Source of the DNA: Minisyncoccota bacterium
GTDB lineage: Bacteria > Patescibacteriota > Minisyncoccia > Phycocordibacterales > UBA1006
Assembly: GCA_036405175.1 (NCBI GenBank)
Contig: DASWYC010000002.1
Span: 467,714 to 531,713 of the forward strand
Direction: 5' to 3'
Length of the DNA: 64,000 nucleotides
Each line of letters starts with the position of its first letter. The first letter of the stretch is position 1. A model generated the notes under the pieces. The model searched no databases. It was not told where the DNA came from and worked only from the letters and a program-made list of their open reading frames with translations. Shown here piece after piece: positions 30,287 to 38,415 of this stretch. The position numbers were made by a program, and so were the translations under genes.

Positions 30287-30349
30287 AAAATAAAAGGTTG
30301 TTAGCCGGTAATTGAGATGAGGATATCTAGGAAAATCCTGTATATAAAA

Positions 30350-30441
30350 TACCCCGAATTAGCACTGATGGCAAGCGGAAGAACGACCTCCTATCAAACG
30401 TTTATGAGTGCTCCGCATGCCGTCACTGATAACTCAGGGTA
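30350..30441 (-). ncRNA. unidentified ~90-nt rod-shaped structured RNA upstream of secA
   Basis: ACCCTGAGTTA/TAATTCGGGGT, TGACGGCA/TGCCATCA and GCGGAG/TTCCGC pair, with G-U pairs favouring the minus strand. TATACT at 30454-30449. Confidence 0.5.
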
Positions 30442-30562
30442 CTGTCTAAGTATACTCCTCCCTGAGGGCTTGGTTTGGGAGTTTCCACAGAATAAAGCTG
30501 ATTGTAAGGGATTTTGTCAATAAAAAAGCCCCTCATTTTTATCATGAGGGGTTAAAGGACTG

Positions 30563-30976
30563 CTAATAATCTTCATAGTCCTCTATCAGAGTACAATCCC
30601 AAGAATAATTCTGAGGATTATCTTCATCTGGAATAACATGAACATTATCAAAAAAGATGCCGGTAAGTGCCGAGTCAACCTTTCTAAAATCGTTGAATAG
30701 TTCTAACTTCAAAACTTGCATACAGATATACGCACGCATTATTTGAGTGGGATACTGTTCAGCTTGAAGCTTTAAGTCGAGTTTTCCGATTTCTTGACAC
30801 TGTTCATCAGAGCAACCACCTTCTTTCAATGCTTTATTGAATTCAGGCACCGATATCATTGTATTCTCACTCACGATTTTCTCAAGGTGAAGTCTGACTT
30901 GCTTATCTGTGAAGCTATAAATGATGGAGTAAACCATAGCAGCTCCAAGAGACATTTTTAATTCAAAGCTTTTCAT
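30563..30976 (-). CDS. orphan hypothetical protein
   Basis: 137 aa; TTGACA (31045-31040) upstream; terminator CCCCTCAT/ATGAGGGG at ~30523-30553. Confidence 0.65.
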   Translation of the reverse strand: MKSFELKMSLGAAMVYSIIYSFTDKQVRLHLEKIVSENTMISVPEFNKALKEGGCSDEQCQEIGKLDLKLQAEQYPTQIMRAYICMQVLKLELFNDFRKVDSALTGIFFDNVHVIPDEDNPQNYSWDCTLIEDYEDY

Positions 30977-31053
30977 CTATTTAAGTTTTAAATGTTTGCG
31001 AATATACTGATAGAAGTATAATACTATTATATTTATATATGTCAATATCTTTT

Positions 31054-31824
31054 CTATTTTCCTAAGATGTCTTTGACCTCTTGGAAGGTTAAGGTTTCTG
31101 GCCGTCTGATTAAAAGCTCTTCTGAAAGATTTGGAATAAGTGATTCAAACTCACTTCCCATCAGGTTATTACGGATAGTTTTACGTGGCATTCTATAGAG
31201 TGTTTTTATTAGACTAAAAAATATAGCAAGATCGGTTGGAAGTTCTGGCTTTTTGATATTTTCAATACTCAACAATCCCGCATCAACATTTGGTGCCGGA
31301 GAAAACGATCCTCGTGCAATAGTTTTAAGATATTTTGGTGTTCCAAAAATTTCAATTGAATGAGAAAGAATTGAAGAATCACCATCACGCTTAACAATTC
31401 TATCAGCAACTTCTTTTTGAATAATCAGACACACGCGTTGCGGCAACACACTCGCTTCTTCTAAAATGCGTCTAAAAATGAGACCAGTGATATAAAACGG
31501 AATATTCGCAACTACCTGATATTTCCCCCCTACTATTTCTTCATACCTAAAATTAGTGATATCACCTTCAAGCAACGTAAACGTTCCATTTTCAATTTCA
31601 CTCGCAAATTCTTCTTGCAAAATTGGAATTAAATCATGATCAGCCTCAAGAGAAGCTACTTTAACACCACGCTTTAATAACTCACGCGTCAACACGCCTC
31701 GCCCCGGACCAATTTCAAAAACTGGAATAGTTATATCCAGATTCATCGTATCAACAATGTGTTCAATGGTTCGCCCACCGTTCAAGAAATTTTGCCCAAG
31801 TGACTTTTTTGCCTGAGGATACAT
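31054..31824 (-). CDS. rsmA: 16S rRNA m6,2A methyltransferase RsmA/KsgA
   Basis: KKSLGQNFL, EIGPGRG, VANIPFYIT, FSPAPNVD. Confidence 0.95.
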   Translation of the reverse strand: MYPQAKKSLGQNFLNGGRTIEHIVDTMNLDITIPVFEIGPGRGVLTRELLKRGVKVASLEADHDLIPILQEEFASEIENGTFTLLEGDITNFRYEEIVGGKYQVVANIPFYITGLIFRRILEEASVLPQRVCLIIQKEVADRIVKRDGDSSILSHSIEIFGTPKYLKTIARGSFSPAPNVDAGLLSIENIKKPELPTDLAIFFSLIKTLYRMPRKTIRNNLMGSEFESLIPNLSEELLIRRPETLTFQEVKDILGK

Positions 31825-31904
31825 AGTTTTATTAGAAAGACTATATCATAACAAAAGCACCCAATCTACAAATCAGATTGAGTGCCAAGTTTAATACAAA
31901 AATT

Positions 31905-32351
31905 TTATTCCCCGTCTTCTTCATCATCGTCTTCTACAGGAAATTCAACGGTCTCTCCCTCGCAAGTTAGTTTACAACCATCAATAGGCACAACCAATAG
32001 GTCATCTTTTTGAGGGTCTTTATCCTGGACAAAGCCTGCACTAACAAAACCAAAGTTACGTTTTTCTAATTCGGGCTTGAAATTACGTGGATGATAGTAG
32101 TGCAGCTCTTTTAGTATCCCCGGCGTACATTCATCTTCTTTAACCTGAGTTAGGTTTAAAAAATTGCCAAAAATAAGGGTAGGAGAATGTAATACCCCAA
32201 CTACTTTAGCCCCTCCATTAACAATAACTACCTCCTTGCCAGCAAAACGGTTTACTACATCGTCCATAAGATCTCCTTCTTCCTGAGAAGGAAAACCTAA
32301 GCCTTTCATAAAGTCCTGAACTTCTTTTGAGTCGTCTTTTTTACTATACAT
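31905..32351 (-). CDS. orphan acidic hypothetical protein
   Basis: 148 aa; consensus TTGACA-17-TATAAT (32427-32399); terminator at ~31852-31886. Confidence 0.65.
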   Translation of the reverse strand: MYSKKDDSKEVQDFMKGLGFPSQEEGDLMDDVVNRFAGKEVVIVNGGAKVVGVLHSPTLIFGNFLNLTQVKEDECTPGILKELHYYHPRNFKPELEKRNFGFVSAGFVQDKDPQKDDLLVVPIDGCKLTCEGETVEFPVEDDDEEDGE

Positions 32352-32430
32352 GTCAATAAGTGTTTAAAAGTTTATTGTAAAATATCAGTTTCGAGTATAT
32401 TATATCATATTAACTATATGATGTCAATAC

Positions 32431-32461
32431 AAAAAGGGGCGCCCTTTGGGCGCCCCTTTTT
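32431..32461 (-). terminator. terminator of fusA
   Basis: AAAAAGGGGCGCCC-TTT-GGGCGCCCCTTTTT. Confidence 0.8.
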
Positions 32462-32481
32462 CTCATTTATAGAAAGAAAAA

Positions 32482-34641
32482 TTATTCTTCTTTCTTCATT
32501 CCACGCTTCTTAATGATGTCTTCTTGAACATTCATTGGAACAGCATCGTAACGAGCAAACTCCATTACAAAGGCTCCACGTCCAGACGTCATAGAACGAA
32601 GCTGGTTCATGTATCCGAACATTGATGCCAATGGAACGGTTGCACGAATTGCTTGCGCAAATCCACGCTGTTCTGTTCCTTCAATAATTCCACGCTTTGA
32701 AGAAAGGTCTCCGGTAACATCTCCCACATATTCATCTGGAACGGTTACTTCAACTTTCATCATAGGCTCAAGAATTACCGGACCTGCACGGCGAGCTCCT
32801 TCTTGGAATGCCATAGATGCTGCCAAACGGAACGCAAGTTCTGATGAGTCAACATCGTGCATAGATCCAAAGGTAAGTTCTGCAGAAACATTGGTGAGTG
32901 GATATCCCGCAAGAACTCCACGATCCATGGTTTCTTTAATTCCCTTCTTAACAGCTGGAATAAATTCTTGTGCAATAACTCCTCCCTTGATTGAGTTGAT
33001 GAATTCAAATCCTTCTTCTCGTTCAACGTTCTTAGGAATTTTTGCCCCTTCTTCAATTTCTTCAAGCGGCTTGAAGGTAAGCACCACGTGTCCATACTGT
33101 CCTTTTCCTCCTGACTGCTTAACATACTTGTGTTCAACATCAGCAACGGGACGAGTAATAGTTTCGCGGTACGCAACCTGAGGTGTTCCAACATTAGCTT
33201 CAACACCAAATTCGCGTTTCATACGATCAACCAAAATTTCAAGGTGAAGTTCTCCCATTCCCGAGATAATCGTATCAAGAGTTTCTGGATCGGTCTTAAC
33301 TTTGAAGGTAGGATCTTCTGCCATCAAGCGGTTAAGTGCCATTCCCATTTTTTCCTGATCAACCTTGGTTTTTGGTTCGATCTTAAGTGATACCACTGGC
33401 TCTGGGAAGTCAATTCCTTCCAAGAGCACTGGTGAATCTTCTACACACAAGGTGTCTCCGGTGGTGCAGTCTTTAAGACCTACTGCCGCAGCAATTTCTC
33501 CTGCGTACACAGATTTAACTTCTTCACGCTTGTTTGCGTGCATACGAAGAATACGTCCGATGCGTTCCTTGTTTCCGGTACGCATGTTTACGATGTAACT
33601 TCCTGCTTCAAGTACTCCAGAGTACACACGAATATAGGTAAGCTGTCCAACGTATGGATCGTTCTGCAATTTAAATGCGAGCGCTGAGAATGGTTCCTTA
33701 TCATCAGCATGGCGAACAACTTCTTCTCCGGTCTCAGGGTTGTGCCCTTTGATTGGTGGAATATCAGTTGGTGATGGAAGATATTCAATAACGGCATCGA
33801 GCACCAATTGAACTCCCTTGTTTCTAAGAGCAGTTCCGGTAAATACTGGGAAAATTTCCGCAGCAATTACTGCTTTACGAACGGTCTTCTTAAGTTCATC
33901 AATTGAGATTTGTTCTCCGGCAAGATAGCGGTTCATGAGTTCTTCGTCGTTTTCAACGATTTTCTCAATCAAGATATCATGATACTTTTGAGCTTCAGCC
34001 TTCAATTCTTCTGGAATTTCATGTTCAATAATTTTATTTCCCATGTCTCCTTCAAAGGTGTATGCCTTCATTTTCATGAGGTCAATAACTCCTTGCATGG
34101 TATCTTCTTCTCCCCATGGAAGTTGGAAGCGTACCGCCTTTGGTGTCAGGCGATTCAAGATTGATTGGTATGAACGTTCAAATGACGCACCAGTACGGTC
34201 AATCTTGTTGATAAAACAAACACGAGGAACTTTATATTTATCTGCTTGGCGCCACACCGTTTCTGACTGTGGTTCTACTCCAGCCACTCCATCAAACACG
34301 GTTACTGCACCATCGAGCACTTTCAATGAGCGCTCAACTTCTACGGTAAAGTCTACGTGACCTGGGGTGTCGATAATATTAAAGCGATGTTCCTTATCTT
34401 TGTTGTCTTTGTCGTAGGTTGGACGCCAGAAACAAGTAGTTGCTGCAGAGGTGATAGTAATTCCACGCTCCTTCTCCTGTTCCATCCAGTCCATCGTTGC
34501 TGCTCCTTCGTGTACTTCTCCAATTTTGTGAGACACTCCGGTATAGAAAAGAATACGTTCAGTGGTGGTAGTCTTTCCTGCATCGATGTGGGCGATAATT
34601 CCAAAGTTACGAACTTTGTCTAGGGGGTAATCACGACTCAT
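32482..34641 (-). CDS. fusA: elongation factor G
   Basis: [31 protein letters not shown]. Confidence 0.98.
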   Translation of the reverse strand: MSRDYPLDKVRNFGIIAHIDAGKTTTTERILFYTGVSHKIGEVHEGAATMDWMEQEKERGITITSAATTCFWRPTYDKDNKDKEHRFNIIDTPGHVDFTVEVERSLKVLDGAVTVFDGVAGVEPQSETVWRQADKYKVPRVCFINKIDRTGASFERSYQSILNRLTPKAVRFQLPWGEEDTMQGVIDLMKMKAYTFEGDMGNKIIEHEIPEELKAEAQKYHDILIEKIVENDEELMNRYLAGEQISIDELKKTVRKAVIAAEIFPVFTGTALRNKGVQLVLDAVIEYLPSPTDIPPIKGHNPETGEEVVRHADDKEPFSALAFKLQNDPYVGQLTYIRVYSGVLEAGSYIVNMRTGNKERIGRILRMHANKREEVKSVYAGEIAAAVGLKDCTTGDTLCVEDSPVLLEGIDFPEPVVSLKIEPKTKVDQEKMGMALNRLMAEDPTFKVKTDPETLDTIISGMGELHLEILVDRMKREFGVEANVGTPQVAYRETITRPVADVEHKYVKQSGGKGQYGHVVLTFKPLEEIEEGAKIPKNVEREEGFEFINSIKGGVIAQEFIPAVKKGIKETMDRGVLAGYPLTNVSAELTFGSMHDVDSSELAFRLAASMAFQEGARRAGPVILEPMMKVEVTVPDEYVGDVTGDLSSKRGIIEGTEQRGFAQAIRATVPLASMFGYMNQLRSMTSGRGAFVMEFARYDAVPMNVQEDIIKKRGMKKEE

Positions 34642-34738
34642 ATAAATATGATAGTTTTTCAGAACACGTTACGCCATTTCAAACAGCGCACAGTTATTCT
34701 GATAATTAGTTAATTCAATAAACAGGTACCTCAATAGA

Positions 34739-35209
34739 TTACCACGTAAAGTGTGCAAAGGCTTTGTTAGCTTCTGCCATTTTGTGGGTATTCTCTTTCT
34801 TACGAACTGCTGAACCTTCACCTTTTGAGGCTTGGATAATTTCATCAGCAAGACGTTCATGAGTTGGCTTTCCTTTTCCTGAGCGTGTTGACTCAAGCAT
34901 CCAACGAAGTGCAAGTTGCACGCGGCGTTCTGGGCGAACTTCACGTGGAACCTGATAGTTTGCTCCTCCTACTCGGCGAGAACGAACTTCCATAAGTGGA
35001 GACGCGTTCTTAATAGCAAGATCAAATACTTCAAGCGGATTAGTGTTTCCTGTTTTTTCTTTAACAAGATCAAATGCTGCATATACTACGCGCTCTGCGG
35101 TTGATTTCTTTCCGTCGAGCATTACGTAGTTAATCAAGCGCGCAACCTTAATTGAGTTGAAATTAAGATCAGGCTTAACTGGGTACTTTCGTTTAATTGG
35201 TCTACGCAT
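34739..35209 (-). CDS. rpsG: 30S ribosomal protein S7
   Basis: RRVGGANYQVP, HKMAEANKAFAH. Confidence 0.98.
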   Translation of the reverse strand: MRRPIKRKYPVKPDLNFNSIKVARLINYVMLDGKKSTAERVVYAAFDLVKEKTGNTNPLEVFDLAIKNASPLMEVRSRRVGGANYQVPREVRPERRVQLALRWMLESTRSGKGKPTHERLADEIIQASKGEGSAVRKKENTHKMAEANKAFAHFTW

Positions 35210-35213
35210 ACTT

Positions 35214-35636
35214 TTACTTCTTTACTGCTTTAGGGCGCTTAGTACCATAAAGTGATCGAGAAACACGGCGCTTGTCGATTCCTTTGGTATCAAACACACC
35301 ACGCACTACGTGATAACGAACTCCAATGAGGTCTTTCACACGACCACCACGAAGAAGCACTACTGAGTGTTCTTGGAGGTTATGACCTTCTCCTGGAATA
35401 TATGCGGTAACTTCTTTTCCGTTAGAAAGACGAACACGAGCGATCTTACGAAGCGCTGAGTTTGGTTTCTTTGGAGTTGTTGTTGAAACCTTCGTACACA
35501 CACCACGCTTAAATGGAGATGCGTATTCGGTTGGCTTGTTTTGAAGAGAGTTGAACCCTACACGGAAAGCCGTGGTACGTGTATTACGCACTTTGTCAGT
35601 TCGCCCCTTCTTGATGAGCTGTCTAATAGTCGACAT
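35214..35636 (-). CDS. rpsL: 30S ribosomal protein S12
   Basis: [25 protein letters not shown]. Confidence 0.98.
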   Translation of the reverse strand: MSTIRQLIKKGRTDKVRNTRTTAFRVGFNSLQNKPTEYASPFKRGVCTKVSTTTPKKPNSALRKIARVRLSNGKEVTAYIPGEGHNLQEHSVVLLRGGRVKDLIGVRYHVVRGVFDTKGIDKRRVSRSLYGTKRPKAVKK

Positions 35637-35773
35637 ATGATATAAAATTCAGAAGCCTTTTAAAATAAAGACTTTTTAGATAAAACTTAGTTTGGTTTGA
35701 GTATTTCCCAGCAAAGGATTTACTCATGATAATGTGTGGTTCACCGCCGAGTGATCCACCAAAGCACGAAGCA

Positions 35774-35802
35774 AGAATACCACGGGTTTGGGATTTTTGC
35801 AA
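35774..35802 (-). promoter_or_regulatory. str operon promoter
   Basis: TTGCAA-17-TATTCT followed by a ~130-nt leader. Confidence 0.6.
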
Positions 35803-35835
35803 GAAAAAAGCCCCAAAGGGACTTTTTAGCTTTTT

Positions 35836-36639
35836 CTATTCCTCCTCGCGAATTTCAATTTCTTCCACAAAGATTCTAATATCTCCATCCTCCTCAACTA
35901 CTGCTACTGGTTTTTCTACCATGCGAGGTTCTGGCGGAAGTTTTTTAGCTGCCTTTTTGGGTGCTACTTTTTTAGGAGCAGCCTTCTTTGGTGCAGCTTT
36001 GGCTGGAGCTTTTTTAGCAGGTGCCTTTTTTGCGGGAGCTTTTTTAGGAGCAGCTTTCTTAGCTGGTGCAGACTTTTTGGGTGATGATTTTTTAGCAGGA
36101 GTTTTAGCATTCTTTTTTGCAGCTTTCTCCTTTTCTGCCTGCTTCTTGGCATTTTCTACATCCTTGATTTCTTGTTGAAGCTTTTGAACATCTTTCAATA
36201 CCTGATCAGCGTGCTTAGCTGGAACTACTTTTCCATACACTTTCACAATCTTTCCCTGAGGATTAATCAAATACGAAACGCGTTGCATTGATTGGGTTAC
36301 CTTTTTACCATTATCTTTAACATTCAATACTCCATAGCGCTCAGCTACCTTTCCTTTTTCATCAGAAAGAACAGTGAATGGAAGCTTATAGTCTTTAGTA
36401 AATTTTTTGTGAGATTCCTGATCATCAAGAGAAACTCCAAGAATCTTTACCTTTGCTTTTTTAAAGTCTCCATATACATCACGAAATGAGCAGGCTTCAT
36501 CGGTGCAGCCGGGAGTAAAATCTTTTGGATAAAAATACAAAAGCACCCATGAATCTTTATAGTCTGCAAGGGTGTGTTTGTTGCCCTTGTAATCATACAG
36601 GCTGAGTGCAGGCGCCTTGGTTCCAGTCTCTAACAACAT
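35836..36639 (-). CDS. bcp: Bcp/PrxQ peroxiredoxin with K/A/P-rich histone-H1-like tail
   Basis: YFYPKDFTPGCTDEACSFRD; tail of (P)AKKA repeats. Confidence 0.9.
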   Translation of the reverse strand: MLLETGTKAPALSLYDYKGNKHTLADYKDSWVLLYFYPKDFTPGCTDEACSFRDVYGDFKKAKVKILGVSLDDQESHKKFTKDYKLPFTVLSDEKGKVAERYGVLNVKDNGKKVTQSMQRVSYLINPQGKIVKVYGKVVPAKHADQVLKDVQKLQQEIKDVENAKKQAEKEKAAKKNAKTPAKKSSPKKSAPAKKAAPKKAPAKKAPAKKAPAKAAPKKAAPKKVAPKKAAKKLPPEPRMVEKPVAVVEEDGDIRIFVEEIEIREEE

Positions 36640-36670
36640 ACAATCAATCAGATTACCTAGTATGCGAATA

Positions 36671-37249
36671 TTATAAATTATTTTCCAAAGAAATACGAAG
36701 TCTGTACACGATTGGCATCACTACACCACTAACAATAGTGCTTATCAAGAGAAATGCGAGCAAATGTGTTGATGGAATTTGGTCAAAAATACGGAAATAT
36801 GAGAAACAAAGAATAGTTCCGTGGGCAAGAATGATTCCAGCGTATGAAATATACATCATCTTTACCTCCTTGGTTACCGTTTCTTGATACGTTGGCACAT
36901 GTGGTGTTCCCAGCAAGAGCCGAATATCGTTAAACTTTGGTAATGCATAGGTGGCGATCAAAAATGCATTTACCACCGTAACATAGGTCCATACCAAGAA
37001 TGTTCGTGTCTCATAGAGTGCATTAAGGTGCTCCGGATACAAAACAAATAAAAGGAGTGCAATGATGTGAATAAAGACACTCGTGATAAATGCGGTGGTT
37101 GCAACTGAGTATTCTGCACCAAACACATGAGGGATGCGTCCTGTATGCATGAACTGGAGCACTAAAATAGATTCAACAATAGCTGCCAAGAATCCTAAAA
37201 TTCCTGCCGATGCCATCACCCACCACACAATTCCTGCAAACATGTCCAT
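36671..37249 (-). CDS. multi-pass membrane protein
   Basis: About 5 hydrophobic segments; TATACT-6-ATG. Confidence 0.7.
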   Translation of the reverse strand: MDMFAGIVWWVMASAGILGFLAAIVESILVLQFMHTGRIPHVFGAEYSVATTAFITSVFIHIIALLLFVLYPEHLNALYETRTFLVWTYVTVVNAFLIATYALPKFNDIRLLLGTPHVPTYQETVTKEVKMMYISYAGIILAHGTILCFSYFRIFDQIPSTHLLAFLLISTIVSGVVMPIVYRLRISLENNL

Positions 37250-37281
37250 GCGTTTAGTATATCAAAGTGTTTGAAGCGTTT

Positions 37282-37710
37282 TTAATTATTGAGCAAGACT
37301 TCAAGCACGCTGCGCTTTCGTGTGGGTGCTGGACCAAATTGATTAGTTCCCGGTGTTCCCTTTTTAACCAATAAGAAAATAAAAAGTGGCGCACTCATAT
37401 ATGGCAAGAATGAAATTAAAATAACAAGTGGTGTAATATTGCAATCCTTAAGACGACGTACGCTCAGTCCTACTGAAAAAATTCCCTGCAAAAAATAGAG
37501 CGGAAAGAGTGTCCACATGAATGATGATGAGCGAAGCACTGTATAAAAATGAAATGGTGAACCTTGAAGCACTTCTGGTGTAGTGAGTGCGATAAATCCA
37601 AGTGTAACAATACTAAACACAATACCATTTACAAGCATTGCCAGAAAAAATTGCATACGATTTACGCGACCTTCAAATACGCGAGCCCATAATCTGAGGA
37701 ATGAATTCAT
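37282..37710 (-). CDS. DUF805 membrane protein
   Basis: FEGRVNRMQF, SVRRLKD, GTPGTNQFGP. Confidence 0.85.
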   Translation of the reverse strand: MNSFLRLWARVFEGRVNRMQFFLAMLVNGIVFSIVTLGFIALTTPEVLQGSPFHFYTVLRSSSFMWTLFPLYFLQGIFSVGLSVRRLKDCNITPLVILISFLPYMSAPLFIFLLVKKGTPGTNQFGPAPTRKRSVLEVLLNN

Positions 37711-37776
37711 GGAATGAGTATAACAAAAACTCAAGGTGGTGCCGAGCATTATGAAGGCTCAATAGATTGTTAAGTG

Positions 37777-37809
37777 TAAATGAGCGGCGCCTACGGCGCC
37801 GCTCATTTA
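37777..37809. repeat. perfect 15-bp palindrome with 3-nt loop
   Basis: TAAATGAGCGGCGCC-TAC-GGCGCCGCTCATTTA. Confidence 0.7.
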
Positions 37810-37814
37810 TTCAG

Positions 37815-38087
37815 CTACTTCCCTGCTTCTGCTTTTTCTTTGGCAAGGATTTCTTGCTTAACTGCTACTCCTCCGCGATTATACCCGTGCATTTTCCCAT
37901 CTGATCCAATTACCCTGTGACATGGCACGTCGGGAAGATAATTATTCTTCATAAACATTCCTACTGCACGAGCAGCATTGGGGCTGCCTGCCAATGTAGC
38001 AACCTCTTTATAGGTTTTGGTTTCCCCTTTTGGAATCTTGCGCACAATATCAAGTACTTTTTCTTTAAATGGAGATGTTACAGGCAT
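37815..38087 (-). CDS. O6-alkylguanine DNA alkyltransferase (MGMT C-terminal domain only)
   Basis: IPKGETKTY..VA...GSPNAARAVG, VPCHRVI. Confidence 0.9.
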   Translation of the reverse strand: MPVTSPFKEKVLDIVRKIPKGETKTYKEVATLAGSPNAARAVGMFMKNNYLPDVPCHRVIGSDGKMHGYNRGGVAVKQEILAKEKAEAGK

Positions 38088-38149
38088 AGTCCTTTGATTA
38101 TATGACAAAAAGAAAACCCTCGCAAAACTAAGGTTTTCTCATGCAATAA

Positions 38150-38401
38150 CTATCGCCTCCACGGTTGAGTCATCATATAATTATCAAACTGTCCGATTTT
38201 TTGATAGGTATAGTGGTGAGCGGAATAAATCTGACGCGCAGCCATCTTACCACCGCGATACATACCCTTCCCACCATGCTTAAAGATGGCAACGATAGCG
38301 ATTCGTATTCCGCTAAATGTAAGTGGAATTAAATGTGAAAAAAGCTTAAATAACTCATTTCTCAAAACGAATGCGGCACCGAGAATAAGATACAAATACA
38401 T
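38150..38401 (-). CDS. small hypothetical membrane protein
   Basis: 83-aa ORF 14 nt after the kinase gene, followed by a terminator at ~38107-38140. Confidence 0.45.
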   Translation of the reverse strand: MYLYLILGAAFVLRNELFKLFSHLIPLTFSGIRIAIVAIFKHGGKGMYRGGKMAARQIYSAHHYTYQKIGQFDNYMMTQPWRR

Positions 38402-38415
38402 AAAAATATCCTAAA

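Noticed and set aside
30350-30441. Canonical SRP (4.5S) RNA
   Set aside because: Lacks the helix-8 GNRA tetraloop and CAGG/AGCA loop; left unidentified.
30317-30523. 68-aa + strand ORF
   Set aside because: No recognisable protein; overlaps the structured RNA and promoters on the opposite strand.
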